Notes: generated from the letters alone by a model not told the origin. Counted from the first letter of the stretch, positions 54,593-64,000 are shown. The stretch is 64,000 nt of DNA from Clostridia bacterium (GCA_017625615.1 JAGAKP010000068.1:54023-118022); one strand, 5' to 3'. Program-made: numbers and translations.

Positions 54593-55513
54593 ATGCCTAT
54601 AAAAATACCCAACGACCTGCCTGCGGTAAAAACACTGGCAGACGAAAACATTTTCGTTATGACCGAAAAACGGGCAATAACTCAGGATATCCGACCGCTC
54701 AAGCTGTTGGTGCTCAACCTTATGCCCACCAAGATCGAAACGGAAACCCAGTTTTCCCGTCTGCTGGGCAACACTCCCTTGCAGATCGAAATGGAGCTTA
54801 TCCATACCAAGACCCACCGCTCCAAAAACGTGGCGGACGACCATCTCTTTTCCTTTTACAAAACCTTTGACGAGGTTAAGGACCGCACCTTTGACGGAAT
54901 GATAATCACCGGTGCACCTGTAGAAAAATTGGATTTCGAGCAGGTCGATTACTGGCAGGAGCTTTGCGAGATAATGGAATGGACCAAGACCAACGTCCAC
55001 TCCACTCTCCACATCTGCTGGGGTGCTCAGGCGGCGTTATATTACCATTACGGAATAAACAAGGTCCCCCTTGATAAAAAGCTTTTCGGCGTGTATCCCC
55101 ACGTGGTGGAATACAAAAATTCCATTCTCTTCCGCGGCTTTGACGACGTGTTTATGGCACCTCATTCCCGCCATACCACCGTTCCGAGGGAGTGTATCGA
55201 GGCGGTGCCCGAATTAAAGATACTCGCTTCATCCGACGAAGCAGGGGTGTACGCACTTAAAAACGAAAGCAGCAGTCAGGTCTTCGTCTTCGGCCATTCG
55301 GAATACGACGCGGGCACCCTCAACAAGGAATACCTCCGCGATAAGAATGCAGGCCTTCCCATAGAGATACCCAAAAACTATTTCCCCGGTGACGACGATA
55401 CCAAGCCGCCCGTGGTAACGTGGCGTTCCCACGCAAATCTGCTGTTTTATAACTGGCTTAATTATTTCGTTTACCAGACCACACCATACGATATTTCTCA
55501 GATACACAAATAA
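54593..55513 (+). CDS. metA: homoserine O-acyltransferase (MetA family)
   Basis: [11 protein letters not shown]...[15 protein letters not shown]; [12 protein letters not shown]; GHSEYD. Confidence 0.9.
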   Translation: MPIKIPNDLPAVKTLADENIFVMTEKRAITQDIRPLKLLVLNLMPTKIETETQFSRLLGNTPLQIEMELIHTKTHRSKNVADDHLFSFYKTFDEVKDRTFDGMIITGAPVEKLDFEQVDYWQELCEIMEWTKTNVHSTLHICWGAQAALYYHYGINKVPLDKKLFGVYPHVVEYKNSILFRGFDDVFMAPHSRHTTVPRECIEAVPELKILASSDEAGVYALKNESSSQVFVFGHSEYDAGTLNKEYLRDKNAGLPIEIPKNYFPGDDDTKPPVVTWRSHANLLFYNWLNYFVYQTTPYDISQIHK

Positions 55514-55521
55514 AAAGGCAA

Positions 55522-55548
55522 AAACGGGGCAGAATTGCCTCGTTTTTA
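55522..55548 (+). terminator. rho-independent terminator of metA
   Basis: Stem ACGGGGCA/TGCCTCGT (one G-U pair) followed by TTTTT. Confidence 0.6.
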
Positions 55549-55587
55549 AATTATTTTGAAAAAATGCACTTTTTTTATAAAAAGCCC

Positions 55588-55616
55588 TTGTATTTTCCTT
55601 TGGCTTGCGTTATAAT
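55588..55616 (+). promoter_or_regulatory. promoter of the tyrosine-kinase operon
   Basis: TTGTAT at 55588-93, a 17-nt spacer, then TATAAT at 55611-16. Confidence 0.5.
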
Positions 55617-55687
55617 TACACTGTATCTATTTATATAGTGCGGAATACTGTTTGAAAGCATTTTTTTGACTTTTCGGGAGCTTTTAT

Positions 55688-57283
55688 ATGAACGAGAATA
55701 AAACGGTAGACAAAAACGAAAAAATGGAAATAGATATTCAACGGCTTATCGGCGCTGTATGGAGCAGGGCTTGGGTCGTCGTACTCGTTTCCGTTCTCTG
55801 TGCCGTTATAACCTTCCTCGGCACCTTCTATTTCGTTACTCCGATGTATAAATCCTCCGCAATGTTTTACGTTAACAACAGCAATCTTTCTATCGGCGAT
55901 ACTCAGGTCACCCTTTCCAGCGCAAACCTTACCGCCTCCAGAAACCTTGTTGATTCTTATATCGTTATTCTTAAGACCCGCACCTCTCTTAACGAGATCA
56001 TAGATTACGCGGGAGTAGACCGCTCCTACGGCGAATTGCGCGGTATGATATCCGCCGCATCCGTTAACTCCACCGAAATTTTCGAGGTGGTGGTAACCAG
56101 TCCCGATCCCGTTGAGGCGGAGAGAATAGCAAACGCCGTTGCGTACATCCTGCCCAACCGTATAAAGAATATTATCGAGGGAACCTCCGCAAAGGTAGTG
56201 GATAACGCTATCGTTGCATCATCTCCCTCTTCTCCCAGCTATACCAAAAATACCCTCATCGGATTTTTGGTAGGCTTGGTCATTTCCGTAGGCGCAATCG
56301 TTCTTATGGAGATATTCGATATCACCATCCGTTCCGAGGAGGATATCGAGCAGGTATGCAAGCATCCCATCCTTGCCGCCGTGCCGGATATGTCGGCACC
56401 CTCCAAGGGAGGCTACTATTACGCATACGACGGAAGCAACAAGCGTAAGAGAAAGAAAAAGCACGCCACCTCCCGTCCTTCTGAGCCCAGCCTTATCGGT
56501 AAGAATATCAGCTTTGCCGCTTCCGAAGCGTACAAGCTGCTCCGTACCAAGCTTCAGTTCTCCTTTGCGGACGAAAACGATTGCCACGTTATCGGCGTAT
56601 CCAGTGCGCTGTCCGGCGAAGGTAAGAGCTTGTCCTCCGTAAACCTTGCGTACACTCTCGCTCAGCTTGATAAAAAAGTTCTGCTTATCGACTGCGATAT
56701 GCGCCGTCCTTCCATCAACGATAAGCTTCCCGTACAAAAGAGCCCCGGATTATCCGGTTATCTTTCCAATCAGGTCCATCTGGATACCCTTATCCAGAAG
56801 TGCGGTATCGAAGGCGAAGAGAATGCGTTTGACGTTATCTCCGCAGGTCAGAATCCGCCTAACCCCATAGAGCTGCTCAGCTCCGCAAGAATGATCCGTC
56901 TGCTTACCCGTCTCCGCGAGGCGTACGATTATATCATTCTCGACTTCCCGCCCGTAGGCGAGGTTAGTGACGCTATGGCGGTAGCCAAGCTTACCGACGG
57001 TATGCTGGTAGTTGTCCGTCAGCACTACTGTAACCGTATCGTGCTTGCGGAAGCACTCCGTCAGTTCGATTTCGTCGGCTCCAAAATGCTGGGCGTTGTA
57101 TACAACTGCGCTACCGAATCCGGCGGAAGCTACAGCAAGGGTTATTACAAGCGTTATTACAGAAGATACTATAAGAGATATTCCAAGTATTCCCGTTACG
57201 GCTACGGTTACGGCTACGAGCATGCCGCAAAGAAGGTGGCAAAGCAGGAGTCCGAAAAATCCGAGAAGACGGAAAAACCGTAA
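55688..57283 (+). CDS. fused Wzz/CpsC chain-length modulator and CpsD/CapB-type tyrosine autokinase
   Basis: The N-terminal Wzz domain has two TM segments. The kinase has Walker A SSALSGEGKS, Walker A' LLIDCDMRRP and Walker B ILDFPPV. The C-terminal Tyr cluster is YYKRYYRRYYKRYSKYSRYGYGYGY. Confidence 0.85.
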   Translation: MNENKTVDKNEKMEIDIQRLIGAVWSRAWVVVLVSVLCAVITFLGTFYFVTPMYKSSAMFYVNNSNLSIGDTQVTLSSANLTASRNLVDSYIVILKTRTSLNEIIDYAGVDRSYGELRGMISAASVNSTEIFEVVVTSPDPVEAERIANAVAYILPNRIKNIIEGTSAKVVDNAIVASSPSSPSYTKNTLIGFLVGLVISVGAIVLMEIFDITIRSEEDIEQVCKHPILAAVPDMSAPSKGGYYYAYDGSNKRKRKKKHATSRPSEPSLIGKNISFAASEAYKLLRTKLQFSFADENDCHVIGVSSALSGEGKSLSSVNLAYTLAQLDKKVLLIDCDMRRPSINDKLPVQKSPGLSGYLSNQVHLDTLIQKCGIEGEENAFDVISAGQNPPNPIELLSSARMIRLLTRLREAYDYIILDFPPVGEVSDAMAVAKLTDGMLVVVRQHYCNRIVLAEALRQFDFVGSKMLGVVYNCATESGGSYSKGYYKRYYRRYYKRYSKYSRYGYGYGYEHAAKKVAKQESEKSEKTEKP

Positions 57284-57994
57284 ATGAGCATCACGGTAAC
57301 GGATTTTCACAGCCACATTCTTCCTTGCATCGACGACGGAAGCGCTTCCGTGGAGGAATCCGCGGAAATGCTCCGCAGAGAGTATTCGCAAGGCATAAAA
57401 AGGGTAGTGGCAACCCCCCATTTTTACCCGCAGTACAATACGCCGAGCGCTTTTTTGCAAAAAAGAGCGCTCTCGGCAGAGCTTCTTGAAAAGCATATTT
57501 CAGGCGATCGACCTCTTCCGGAAATTATTTTGGGTGCAGAAGTGTATTTTTTCCGCGGAATCAGCGAATCCGAGGAGATTAAGGGGTTGACAATCGGAGA
57601 AAAAAAGTATATACTTATTGAGATGCCGCTTCCTCCGTGGTCGGATTCTATGTATAAAGAGCTTGAGGCAATCTATACGAAGCAGGGATTATTCCCCGTA
57701 ATCGCTCACGTGGATCGGTATATAGCACCCTTCAGAACCTTCGGTATCCCCGAAAAGCTGGAGGATTTGCCTGTTTACGTGCAAGCAAACGCATCCTTTT
57801 TCATACGCAAGACAACACAGCGTATGGCGTTGCGTATGCTTAAACAGGATAAGATCCACCTGCTTGGGTCTGATTGCCACAATATGGAGACCCGCCTTCC
57901 CAATCTCGGAGAAGCGTTGGAGGTCATCCGTAACCGCCTCGGCGAAGAGGCAATATCCCGCATCAATTCCTACGAGCGGGAGATATTGGATTGA
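57284..57994 (+). CDS. CpsB/CapC-type (PHP) protein-tyrosine phosphatase
   Basis: TDFHSHILPCIDDGS N-terminus and a later H-rich PHP motif. It starts directly after the kinase stop. Confidence 0.8.
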   Translation: MSITVTDFHSHILPCIDDGSASVEESAEMLRREYSQGIKRVVATPHFYPQYNTPSAFLQKRALSAELLEKHISGDRPLPEIILGAEVYFFRGISESEEIKGLTIGEKKYILIEMPLPPWSDSMYKELEAIYTKQGLFPVIAHVDRYIAPFRTFGIPEKLEDLPVYVQANASFFIRKTTQRMALRMLKQDKIHLLGSDCHNMETRLPNLGEALEVIRNRLGEEAISRINSYEREILD

Positions 57995-58056
57995 AAACAG
58001 AGCTTCCTTTTTTGGCGCTTTGAATATATTATGATAATTTATGTGGAGATGATTAT

Positions 58057-58752
58057 ATGAAAAAACTGATCTGCTTTTCTGTAATGCTGGTACTCTGCCT
58101 CACTATGGTATGCCCCGCTTTTGCAGAGGAAAGCGAGTTCGTTCCCAGTATCGGCTACAAGGATCACCCCGATATCGTTGGTGACGTTGAGCTTGTCGAT
58201 CCTGAGAACAAGGTTATCGACGTAGTTCCCGAAGAGTGTCTCGTTATCGTTCCTATCGCGGACGTACTTAATAAGACGGACGAAGAGCTTACCGATGACG
58301 AAAAGAAAATGTTTGAGGAGCTTTACAATAAGCTTTCCGATGGTACTATAAAGGTTCCTTATCCCGACGGAGACCCCAACAAGGTAATACGCGATCTGTT
58401 CTATGCAAAGCTCATTTGCGAAGACCGCCGCGTTGAGCTTGAAAAGGACGACGTTTATATCAAGATCACTCTCGATACCGGCGTTGACGAAGATGAGACC
58501 GTAACCGTTATGGTATTTGACGGCGAAGAGTGGATTCCCGCAGAGAAGACTGAAAATAACGGCGACGGCACCGTTACCGTAGTTCTCGATATTCTCGGCG
58601 TTATCTCCGTATCCGTTCCCAACGGCGGCGATACTCCCATTACCGGCGATAACTCTTCTTCCGCTACCCTTCTTTGGGTAATCCTTATGGTAGCTTCCGC
58701 AGCAGCTCTTGTTGTGGTTATAGTTTCGCGCCGCAAAATAGTTGAACAGTAA
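58057..58752 (+). CDS. acidic secreted protein with a C-terminal sorting-signal-like tail
   Basis: Signal peptide. The C-terminus reads DTPITGDNSSSATLLWVILMVASAAALVVVIVSRRK: a motif, a hydrophobic stretch, then a basic tail. Confidence 0.55.
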   Translation: MKKLICFSVMLVLCLTMVCPAFAEESEFVPSIGYKDHPDIVGDVELVDPENKVIDVVPEECLVIVPIADVLNKTDEELTDDEKKMFEELYNKLSDGTIKVPYPDGDPNKVIRDLFYAKLICEDRRVELEKDDVYIKITLDTGVDEDETVTVMVFDGEEWIPAEKTENNGDGTVTVVLDILGVISVSVPNGGDTPITGDNSSSATLLWVILMVASAAALVVVIVSRRKIVEQ

Positions 58753-58784
58753 TTCCCCGATCTTTACTTGAATAGGATAATATT

Positions 58785-59771
58785 ATGAGTAAACGAAAAA
58801 GTATACGTAACGTAGTTTTTCTGGTACTCATCCTTGTCCTGGTGCTTGTTATGATCTTCAGTGGGCTCCGGATTTTGGAGTCCACTGTTTTATTTGATGA
58901 GCAAAGCGGAGGGGATGACGTATCTTCCAAGACGGTTATCCGCGACGGAGTTGAATACTTCCCGCGGCAGGATATGACAGTGGTGCTCTTTATCGGTATC
59001 GATCAGGAGGGTAAGGCGGTTCCCAGCCCTTCTTATAATAACCCCGGCGCGGCAGACGTGGTTTCTCTCGTTATTTTTGATGAAACCAACAAGACCTGCA
59101 GCGTGCTGTGCCTCAACCGTGATACTATGCTCAAAATGCCCGTTCTCGGCTTGGGCGGCAAGCCTGCAGGCAGTAATTACGGTCAGCTCGCCCTTTCCCA
59201 TACCTACGGCACCGGTATGGAGGATAGCTGTGAGAACGTAAAGAATACGGTCTCCGATTTCCTTATGGGCGTCCGCATAGATTATTACGTTTCCATGCGT
59301 ATGGATGCCATCGGCATCGTTAACGATACCGTCGGCGGCGTGACCGTCACTGTCAAGGACGATTTTTCTGCAGTTGACCCCGCTATCACCAAGGGCGAAT
59401 TTACTCTCAAGGGCGATCAGGCAATGACCTTCGTCCGCAGCAGAAAAGACCTTGGCAACCAGCTCAACGTGTCCCGTATGGAGCGCCAGCAGGAGTATAT
59501 CAATGGATTTATGAAGGCTCTTTCCGCCAAGCTTGAGGAAAGCGATTCATTTGCGCTGACCGCTTATCAGGATGTGGAGGAATATATCGTAACCGATTGC
59601 TCCGTCAACGCCCTTACAAACCTTGTGGATAAATTTTCGGATTATTCCATAAAGGAGATAGTTTCTCCCAAGGGCGAAAACGTCCGCGGCGAGAAGTATT
59701 ACGAATTTCACGTAGATAAGGAAGCGCTGGAGGACCTCGTCATCCGCCTTCTCTACGCACCCAAAAAATAA
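58785..59771 (+). CDS. LCP (LytR-CpsA-Psr) family protein
   Basis: N-terminal TM segment and the LCP core (VLFIGIDQ..AADVVSLVIFDETNKTCSVLCLNRDT..FVRSRKD). Confidence 0.8.
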   Translation: MSKRKSIRNVVFLVLILVLVLVMIFSGLRILESTVLFDEQSGGDDVSSKTVIRDGVEYFPRQDMTVVLFIGIDQEGKAVPSPSYNNPGAADVVSLVIFDETNKTCSVLCLNRDTMLKMPVLGLGGKPAGSNYGQLALSHTYGTGMEDSCENVKNTVSDFLMGVRIDYYVSMRMDAIGIVNDTVGGVTVTVKDDFSAVDPAITKGEFTLKGDQAMTFVRSRKDLGNQLNVSRMERQQEYINGFMKALSAKLEESDSFALTAYQDVEEYIVTDCSVNALTNLVDKFSDYSIKEIVSPKGENVRGEKYYEFHVDKEALEDLVIRLLYAPKK

Positions 59772-59780
59772 AAGCAACAA

Positions 59781-59803
59781 ACGCCCTGCCAAAAGCAGGG
59801 CGT
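59781..59803. terminator. hairpin between convergent genes
   Basis: Stem ACGCCCTGC/GCAGGGCGT with loop CAAAA. The T-run is weak. Confidence 0.5.
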
Positions 59804-59820
59804 TCTCATTGTCGGGGTGA

Positions 59821-60597
59821 TTATTCATTTTCGACTATTACAATTTCAATACCCTGCTTGTCAAATTTTGCAAGGTCTTCTTCAAGGGCGTTCCAATCTG
59901 TAATAAGCGTATTCAGTCTGCTTGCGGGACAGATGCTTACGATAGACTCAAATCCTATCTTTTCGGTGGGGAACAGTCCTATTGCTTGCTTCGAACTGTC
60001 AATTACCGCGTTCCAAAAGCTTATCGCTTGGGACTTTTGTATAGATAGTCCGAAGTCGGCGCTTATAGCAGCGGCGGTAATAAAGCACTTGTCAAACCTT
60101 AATCTCTTTACGGTGTCGATGGCAAAGGCATCGTAGCAGTTACCCTTGGCATCCATTTCACCGCCAAGCATAATAACCTGCACACCTTGCTTTTTTCTTA
60201 ATTCTTCTGCAATAATAATAGAGTTCGTGACTGCGCGCACGTTCAGGTCGGCAGGTATCTCCCGAGCCATAAAATATCCAACTGTGGCGGAGGTAATAAA
60301 AACAACGTCATTCTTGTTTATCATAGAAACCGCCTTTTTGGCGATAGCGACGTAGTTTTCTTTTTCTTGCGCAAAATCCCTGCACGTTACGTTTTTCGGC
60401 TTTCCCGCAGCAACCTGCCGTAACGGTATGGCGCCGCCATGAGTGCGCTTTAAAAGTCCTTGCTTCTCAAGTATGCGCAGGTCTCGTTGCGCGGAACCGT
60501 ATCCAACGTTAAACATTGTCTGTATATCCGTTACGGATATGCTTCCTCTTTCTGCAAGTATATCCAAAATCGCTTGGTGTCTTTCCTCTATAAACAT
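59821..60597 (-). CDS. DeoR/GlpR-family transcriptional regulator
   Basis: HTH (ERHQAILDILAERGSISVTDIQTMFNVGYGSAQRDLRILEKQGLLKRTHGGA) plus a sugar-binding C-terminal domain. The start is set at ATG 60597. Confidence 0.85.
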   Translation of the reverse strand: MFIEERHQAILDILAERGSISVTDIQTMFNVGYGSAQRDLRILEKQGLLKRTHGGAIPLRQVAAGKPKNVTCRDFAQEKENYVAIAKKAVSMINKNDVVFITSATVGYFMAREIPADLNVRAVTNSIIIAEELRKKQGVQVIMLGGEMDAKGNCYDAFAIDTVKRLRFDKCFITAAAISADFGLSIQKSQAISFWNAVIDSSKQAIGLFPTEKIGFESIVSICPASRLNTLITDWNALEEDLAKFDKQGIEIVIVENE

Positions 60598-60790
60598 AAA
60601 AACATTCCTTTCTGAACTTAAAAATAGACCTATCAAATGGGCGCCATTTCCGTCGTCTGTTTACACTATATCACGTTTGTTTACGTTTGTCAATACTAAA
60701 CCGTCAATAATCGTTAAAATATTTTAACGATTATTGACGGTTGCATTTAAGTACGCTATATGTTATACTATAAAAAAGGAGGTGGAAAAG

Positions 60791-61675
60791 ATGCTGTATT
60801 TAAAAAGCTTTACTTTGCCGAGCCGCAAGGACGAGGACGGATATTTGCTTTCCTTTCCGTATCAGCTTGAGATGGGCTGTTATTCTCATAACGACGTGTA
60901 TCCCTTCAAGCTGTTTCCTCAAAAGGAGCTTAAGGATATCTCCTTCGAGCCAATAACCATTTTTTACGGCGGTAACGGATCGGGAAAATCCACCCTGCTC
61001 AACGTAATTGCAGAAAAACTGGATATCACCCGTTCTTCTTTGTTTAACGATACCCCTTATATGGTTTCATATCTTGATATGTGCAAGTTTTCTTTGGCGA
61101 TGGAGGCAAAAAAGGTGCCGACTGCCAGCCGAAAGATAACCAGCGACGACGTCTTCGATTTTCTCCTCGACGTCCGCGCAGTAAACGAGGGCATCGACCG
61201 CAGACGGGAAGCGCTTTTGAATGAGCACTATTTCACCAACGAAGCTCCTATGCCGCGGTTCACTTCTCTTGCGGAGCACGACGAATTCAAGCGGTGTCTT
61301 GAGGCGAAGCGGTCCACCAAGTCAGCCTACGTCTCCCGCCGACTGCCAAAGGAGCTTGCAGGTAAATCCAACGGCGAAAGCGCGTTTGTGTATTTCACTC
61401 AAAAAATAGAGGAAAACGCCCTTTATCTGCTTGACGAGCCGGAAAACAGCCTTTCTCCCAAGCTGCAGCAGGAAATGGTGTCCTTTTTGGAGGATTCCGC
61501 CCGCTTTTACGGATGTCAGTTCGTCATCTCCACCCATTCGCCCTTTCTCCTTGCGGCAAAGGGCGCCAAGATCTACGATCTCGATTCCAATCCCGTCACC
61601 CCGAAAAAGTGGTTTGAGCTGGAGAACGTCCGCACTTACCACGATTTTTTCAAAAAACACACACATCTGTTTTAA
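60791..61675 (+). CDS. stand-alone ABC-like AAA ATPase
   Basis: Walker A GGNGSGKST, Walker B LYLLDEPENSLSP and H-loop STHSP. The ATG at 60791 follows AAGGAGGTGG. Confidence 0.7.
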   Translation: MLYLKSFTLPSRKDEDGYLLSFPYQLEMGCYSHNDVYPFKLFPQKELKDISFEPITIFYGGNGSGKSTLLNVIAEKLDITRSSLFNDTPYMVSYLDMCKFSLAMEAKKVPTASRKITSDDVFDFLLDVRAVNEGIDRRREALLNEHYFTNEAPMPRFTSLAEHDEFKRCLEAKRSTKSAYVSRRLPKELAGKSNGESAFVYFTQKIEENALYLLDEPENSLSPKLQQEMVSFLEDSARFYGCQFVISTHSPFLLAAKGAKIYDLDSNPVTPKKWFELENVRTYHDFFKKHTHLF

Positions 61676-61679
61676 AAAC

Positions 61680-61718
61680 AAAAGCTTTTTGCTGTATTGG
61701 CAAAAAGCTTTTTGTATT
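61680..61718. terminator. bidirectional rho-independent terminator
   Basis: Stem AAAGCTTTTTGC/GCAAAAAGCTTT followed by TTGTATTTT, with an A-run upstream. Confidence 0.7.
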
Positions 61719-61722
61719 TTGA

Positions 61723-63288
61723 TTAATTATTGATACTTTTTAATATCTCTTCTTTTGTTAAATTATATTCTCGCGCAATGTCCATAGCATAGCTTTGTCC
61801 ATAATAACCGCGTATTATCTTAAATGCTCGTTTGTGCGATGTTTCGTCGATACGTGCGCACAGATTAATGATCTTCGCTTTTCCGCTTGTGTATGAGTTT
61901 TCCAAACTGCACAACTCGTGAAAATGAGTAGTCCATATTCCACGTGCACCGATGTCTGAATATGCGGTGATAATTTCTGTTGCGATAACTACCGCTTCGG
62001 TAGAATTAGTACTTGAAAGTGCTTCATCAAATAAAAACAAACTGTTATTGGTGATGTTTTTATTTATTGCTTGTATTTTTTCACATTCATCGGATAATCT
62101 TCCGTGTACATATGAGCGGTCTTTTATATCTATGAAATGAACTAAAATTCCGTCAACAGCTTTAATATCAGCAGTTTTGGCGGGAAGCGGTAATCCTAAA
62201 TGGAGCATTGCATATAAAATTCCGACAGATTGTGTGTAAATGGACTTTCCTCCTTGATTTGGCCCTGTTAATATGTATATATCACCATTATCGTCAAATG
62301 TAAGATCGTTTTTTATTAAGCCTTTGTCTGCTTTAGAGTTCAAAGCCAGTATTGGGTGATAAAGCCCTTCAATTTTGTCGTTTTTGACAAGATTGGGCTT
62401 ACACAATGACAAGCCATTCTCATTTAGCTCAACAAGTGTTTTCATACACGCAACAATAAATCGCCATTCGTGGATTGTGTGGGATAATACGTTAAGATTG
62501 TTTACCGCATATTTTTTCACAACACCTGCCCAAGACTTTAGTCCTGAAGCAAACACCTTGTTTAAAGCCGAGTTTGTCGATGCGCGCAACGAGCTTGCTT
62601 CTTCGGCGGTTAAGCTCTTGTCGAGTGGAACAAGTGGAGAAGCGCAGACAAACTCACTATTTTTAAAATTAAGGCGCATAAGCTTGTCCATAAATTCACC
62701 GGAAACGTAGCTCTCTTCGTGTACGGATATAAGCCCTGCCTCAACAGGTTTCATTTGAGCATTTAAATTAATACCTACAGTAATGCTCTTTATTTCGGTA
62801 ATAGTGTGTATTTGCTTATCCACTTCTTCGCAAAGGGTGTCAAATTCTTTTGTGGTGCAGATGGGCTTTACCTTTTCCCACAGCACCAAAAGCGCACGGC
62901 TTTTTACTTGGTGTTCGTCAAAAATGCTTTTTATTTCTTTAAGATATTCAACTCTTGTTTCAATCTCTTTTATACTGTACAGCAGCTTTTCGTTAGAAAG
63001 CGCAGTTTCTTTTTCTTTTTGTATTTCAAAAAAGTCTTCCAGCACTAAAAAGCTCTTTGAAAGCCTTTCGTAAAGGGTAGGCTTTTCCAACAACTCTGCA
63101 AAAAGTTCCTGCCTTTGCTCCATCGTGCCTTTATCAACAGTGAAAAATTCACACAGATCTCTTTCGGGTTCACCGAATTTTCTTCCATAGTTGATGTTTA
63201 TCAGAGCGTTTATATCCAATCTCTTAATAAAAGAAAAATCGGAAAAAGATCTTCTTGTATCGGTTTCTGCCCAAATGATGCTTTTCAT
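61723..63288 (-). CDS. MutS-related ATPase (domain V type) without a recognisable mismatch-binding N-terminal domain
   Basis: Walker A LTGPNQGGKSIYTQSVG, Walker B LFLFDEALSSTN and TTHFHEL. The start is set at ATG 63288 after GGAGAG, which avoids a 106-nt overlap with the upstream ORF. Confidence 0.7.
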   Translation of the reverse strand: MKSIIWAETDTRRSFSDFSFIKRLDINALININYGRKFGEPERDLCEFFTVDKGTMEQRQELFAELLEKPTLYERLSKSFLVLEDFFEIQKEKETALSNEKLLYSIKEIETRVEYLKEIKSIFDEHQVKSRALLVLWEKVKPICTTKEFDTLCEEVDKQIHTITEIKSITVGINLNAQMKPVEAGLISVHEESYVSGEFMDKLMRLNFKNSEFVCASPLVPLDKSLTAEEASSLRASTNSALNKVFASGLKSWAGVVKKYAVNNLNVLSHTIHEWRFIVACMKTLVELNENGLSLCKPNLVKNDKIEGLYHPILALNSKADKGLIKNDLTFDDNGDIYILTGPNQGGKSIYTQSVGILYAMLHLGLPLPAKTADIKAVDGILVHFIDIKDRSYVHGRLSDECEKIQAINKNITNNSLFLFDEALSSTNSTEAVVIATEIITAYSDIGARGIWTTHFHELCSLENSYTSGKAKIINLCARIDETSHKRAFKIIRGYYGQSYAMDIAREYNLTKEEILKSINN

Positions 63289-63302
63289 AGCTTTTTTCTC
63301 TC

Positions 63303-63620
63303 CTACGGAATTAAATAATACAACAGCATTTTTATTCCTGTTGAAACGAATATCGCGGTTAAGGGGATCGAGATTAGCCACGCGATAGAGTAGCGGTATG
63401 AGCGCCATATCTTACAAAAGAAATAGTAAAAATATCCTTCTATTACTAAAAAAGGTATAGTGATGATTAATGCTAATCCGCTCGAAAGTGTAAGTAAAAT
63501 TACTGCAACCATAAATAGGATTACGGCATTTATTAAAAGCTTTTTTGTTGGCGCAAGTATATAATGGTGTTCATCGCTTGCATCAAGTATATGCGCTGCC
63601 GCATTTGCTAATCTGTACAT
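63303..63620 (-). CDS. small membrane protein
   Basis: The ATG at 63620 follows AAAGGAG. Two or three hydrophobic helices. It ends 15 nt before the MutS-like start. Confidence 0.45.
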   Translation of the reverse strand: MYRLANAAAHILDASDEHHYILAPTKKLLINAVILFMVAVILLTLSSGLALIITIPFLVIEGYFYYFFCKIWRSYRYSIAWLISIPLTAIFVSTGIKMLLYYLIP

Positions 63621-63645
63621 TACATACTCCTTTCTTGTGTTTTGC

Positions 63646-64000
63646 TTATTTAACAACAACCCGCTTATTCTCTGTCTTGCCCGTAAGAATCTCTTTGCCG
63701 TTGCGGTAAACAGCAAAGTCTTGGCGGTTCACCTTTATATCGTAGCAGCCGCCGCAAATGCGGATCTTGGAAAGGGACACCTTTTCCATTCCCTTTGGCA
63801 CGTAGGGCGTGAATGAGAAGGAAGAAAGACCTTCGGGCATAATTCCGAACATTCCCTCTGTCACGGTGCGCACGAACAGAGCGCTTTCTGCGGAAAGATG
63901 GCGTTTCGCCCCCTCGGGATAAGCCTCAACTGCGTACGGCACGCGGTCGCACAACAGGCGTTTGTGGCAGTAATCCAAAAAAGGTTGTATTATTCTGTCC
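63646..64000 (-). CDS. 3' end of a larger gene (possibly a glycoside-hydrolase-like protein); the frame is open to the window edge
   Basis: There is no stop between 63978 and base 64000 in this frame. The functional guess rests only on a weak resemblance of the C-terminal beta-sandwich tail. Confidence 0.35.
   Translation of the reverse strand, partial: DRIIQPFLDYCHKRLLCDRVPYAVEAYPEGAKRHLSAESALFVRTVTEGMFGIMPEGLSSFSFTPYVPKGMEKVSLSKIRICGGCYDIKVNRQDFAVYRNGKEILTGKTENKRVVVK

Overview
This 64-kb window looks like a chromosomal segment from an anaerobic, spore-forming Firmicute. The class Clostridia is suggested by an electron-bifurcating-type hydCBA [FeFe]-hydrogenase operon, a GerA/SpoVAF-family germination protein and a dockerin-bearing amidase. 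Taxonomy is inferred from gene content only. Most of the window is tightly packed housekeeping or metabolic coding sequence: asnA, a NUDIX hydrolase, a GH13 alpha-glucosidase, two Gfo/Idh/MocA oxidoreductases, rph, a SulP transporter, nrdR, feoAB, an aquaporin, metY-metA, a Wzz/CpsD tyrosine kinase with CpsB phosphatase and an LCP protein, and a DeoR regulator. There is one RNA gene, tRNA-Leu(UAG). I found no rRNA, CRISPR array, intact transposase or intact prophage.

The points most worth a second look are:
1. A six-gene signalling block sits inside the hydrogenase operon. It contains a hydrogenase-like protein that keeps its cluster cysteines but lacks the proton-relay Cys, two DRTGG proteins, two GHKL/anti-sigma-kinase-type ATPases and a PHP phosphoesterase. 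No DNA-binding output is visible.
2. An orphan BlaR1/M56-type transducer has no adjacent BlaI. Its extracellular domain is paralogous to a downstream lipoprotein, within a four-gene array stitched together by nearly identical ~120-nt junction modules.
3. A ~42-nt GC-rich hairpin repeat occurs six times just after stop codons, with one compensatory stem change.
4. A visibly AT-richer islet next to tRNA-Leu carries an ECF sigma/anti-sigma pair, a possible recombinase remnant and a tRNA-like fragment.

Several very long ORFs in the six-frame track, including one of 1109 aa, are antisense artefacts of strongly biased genes and are rejected.
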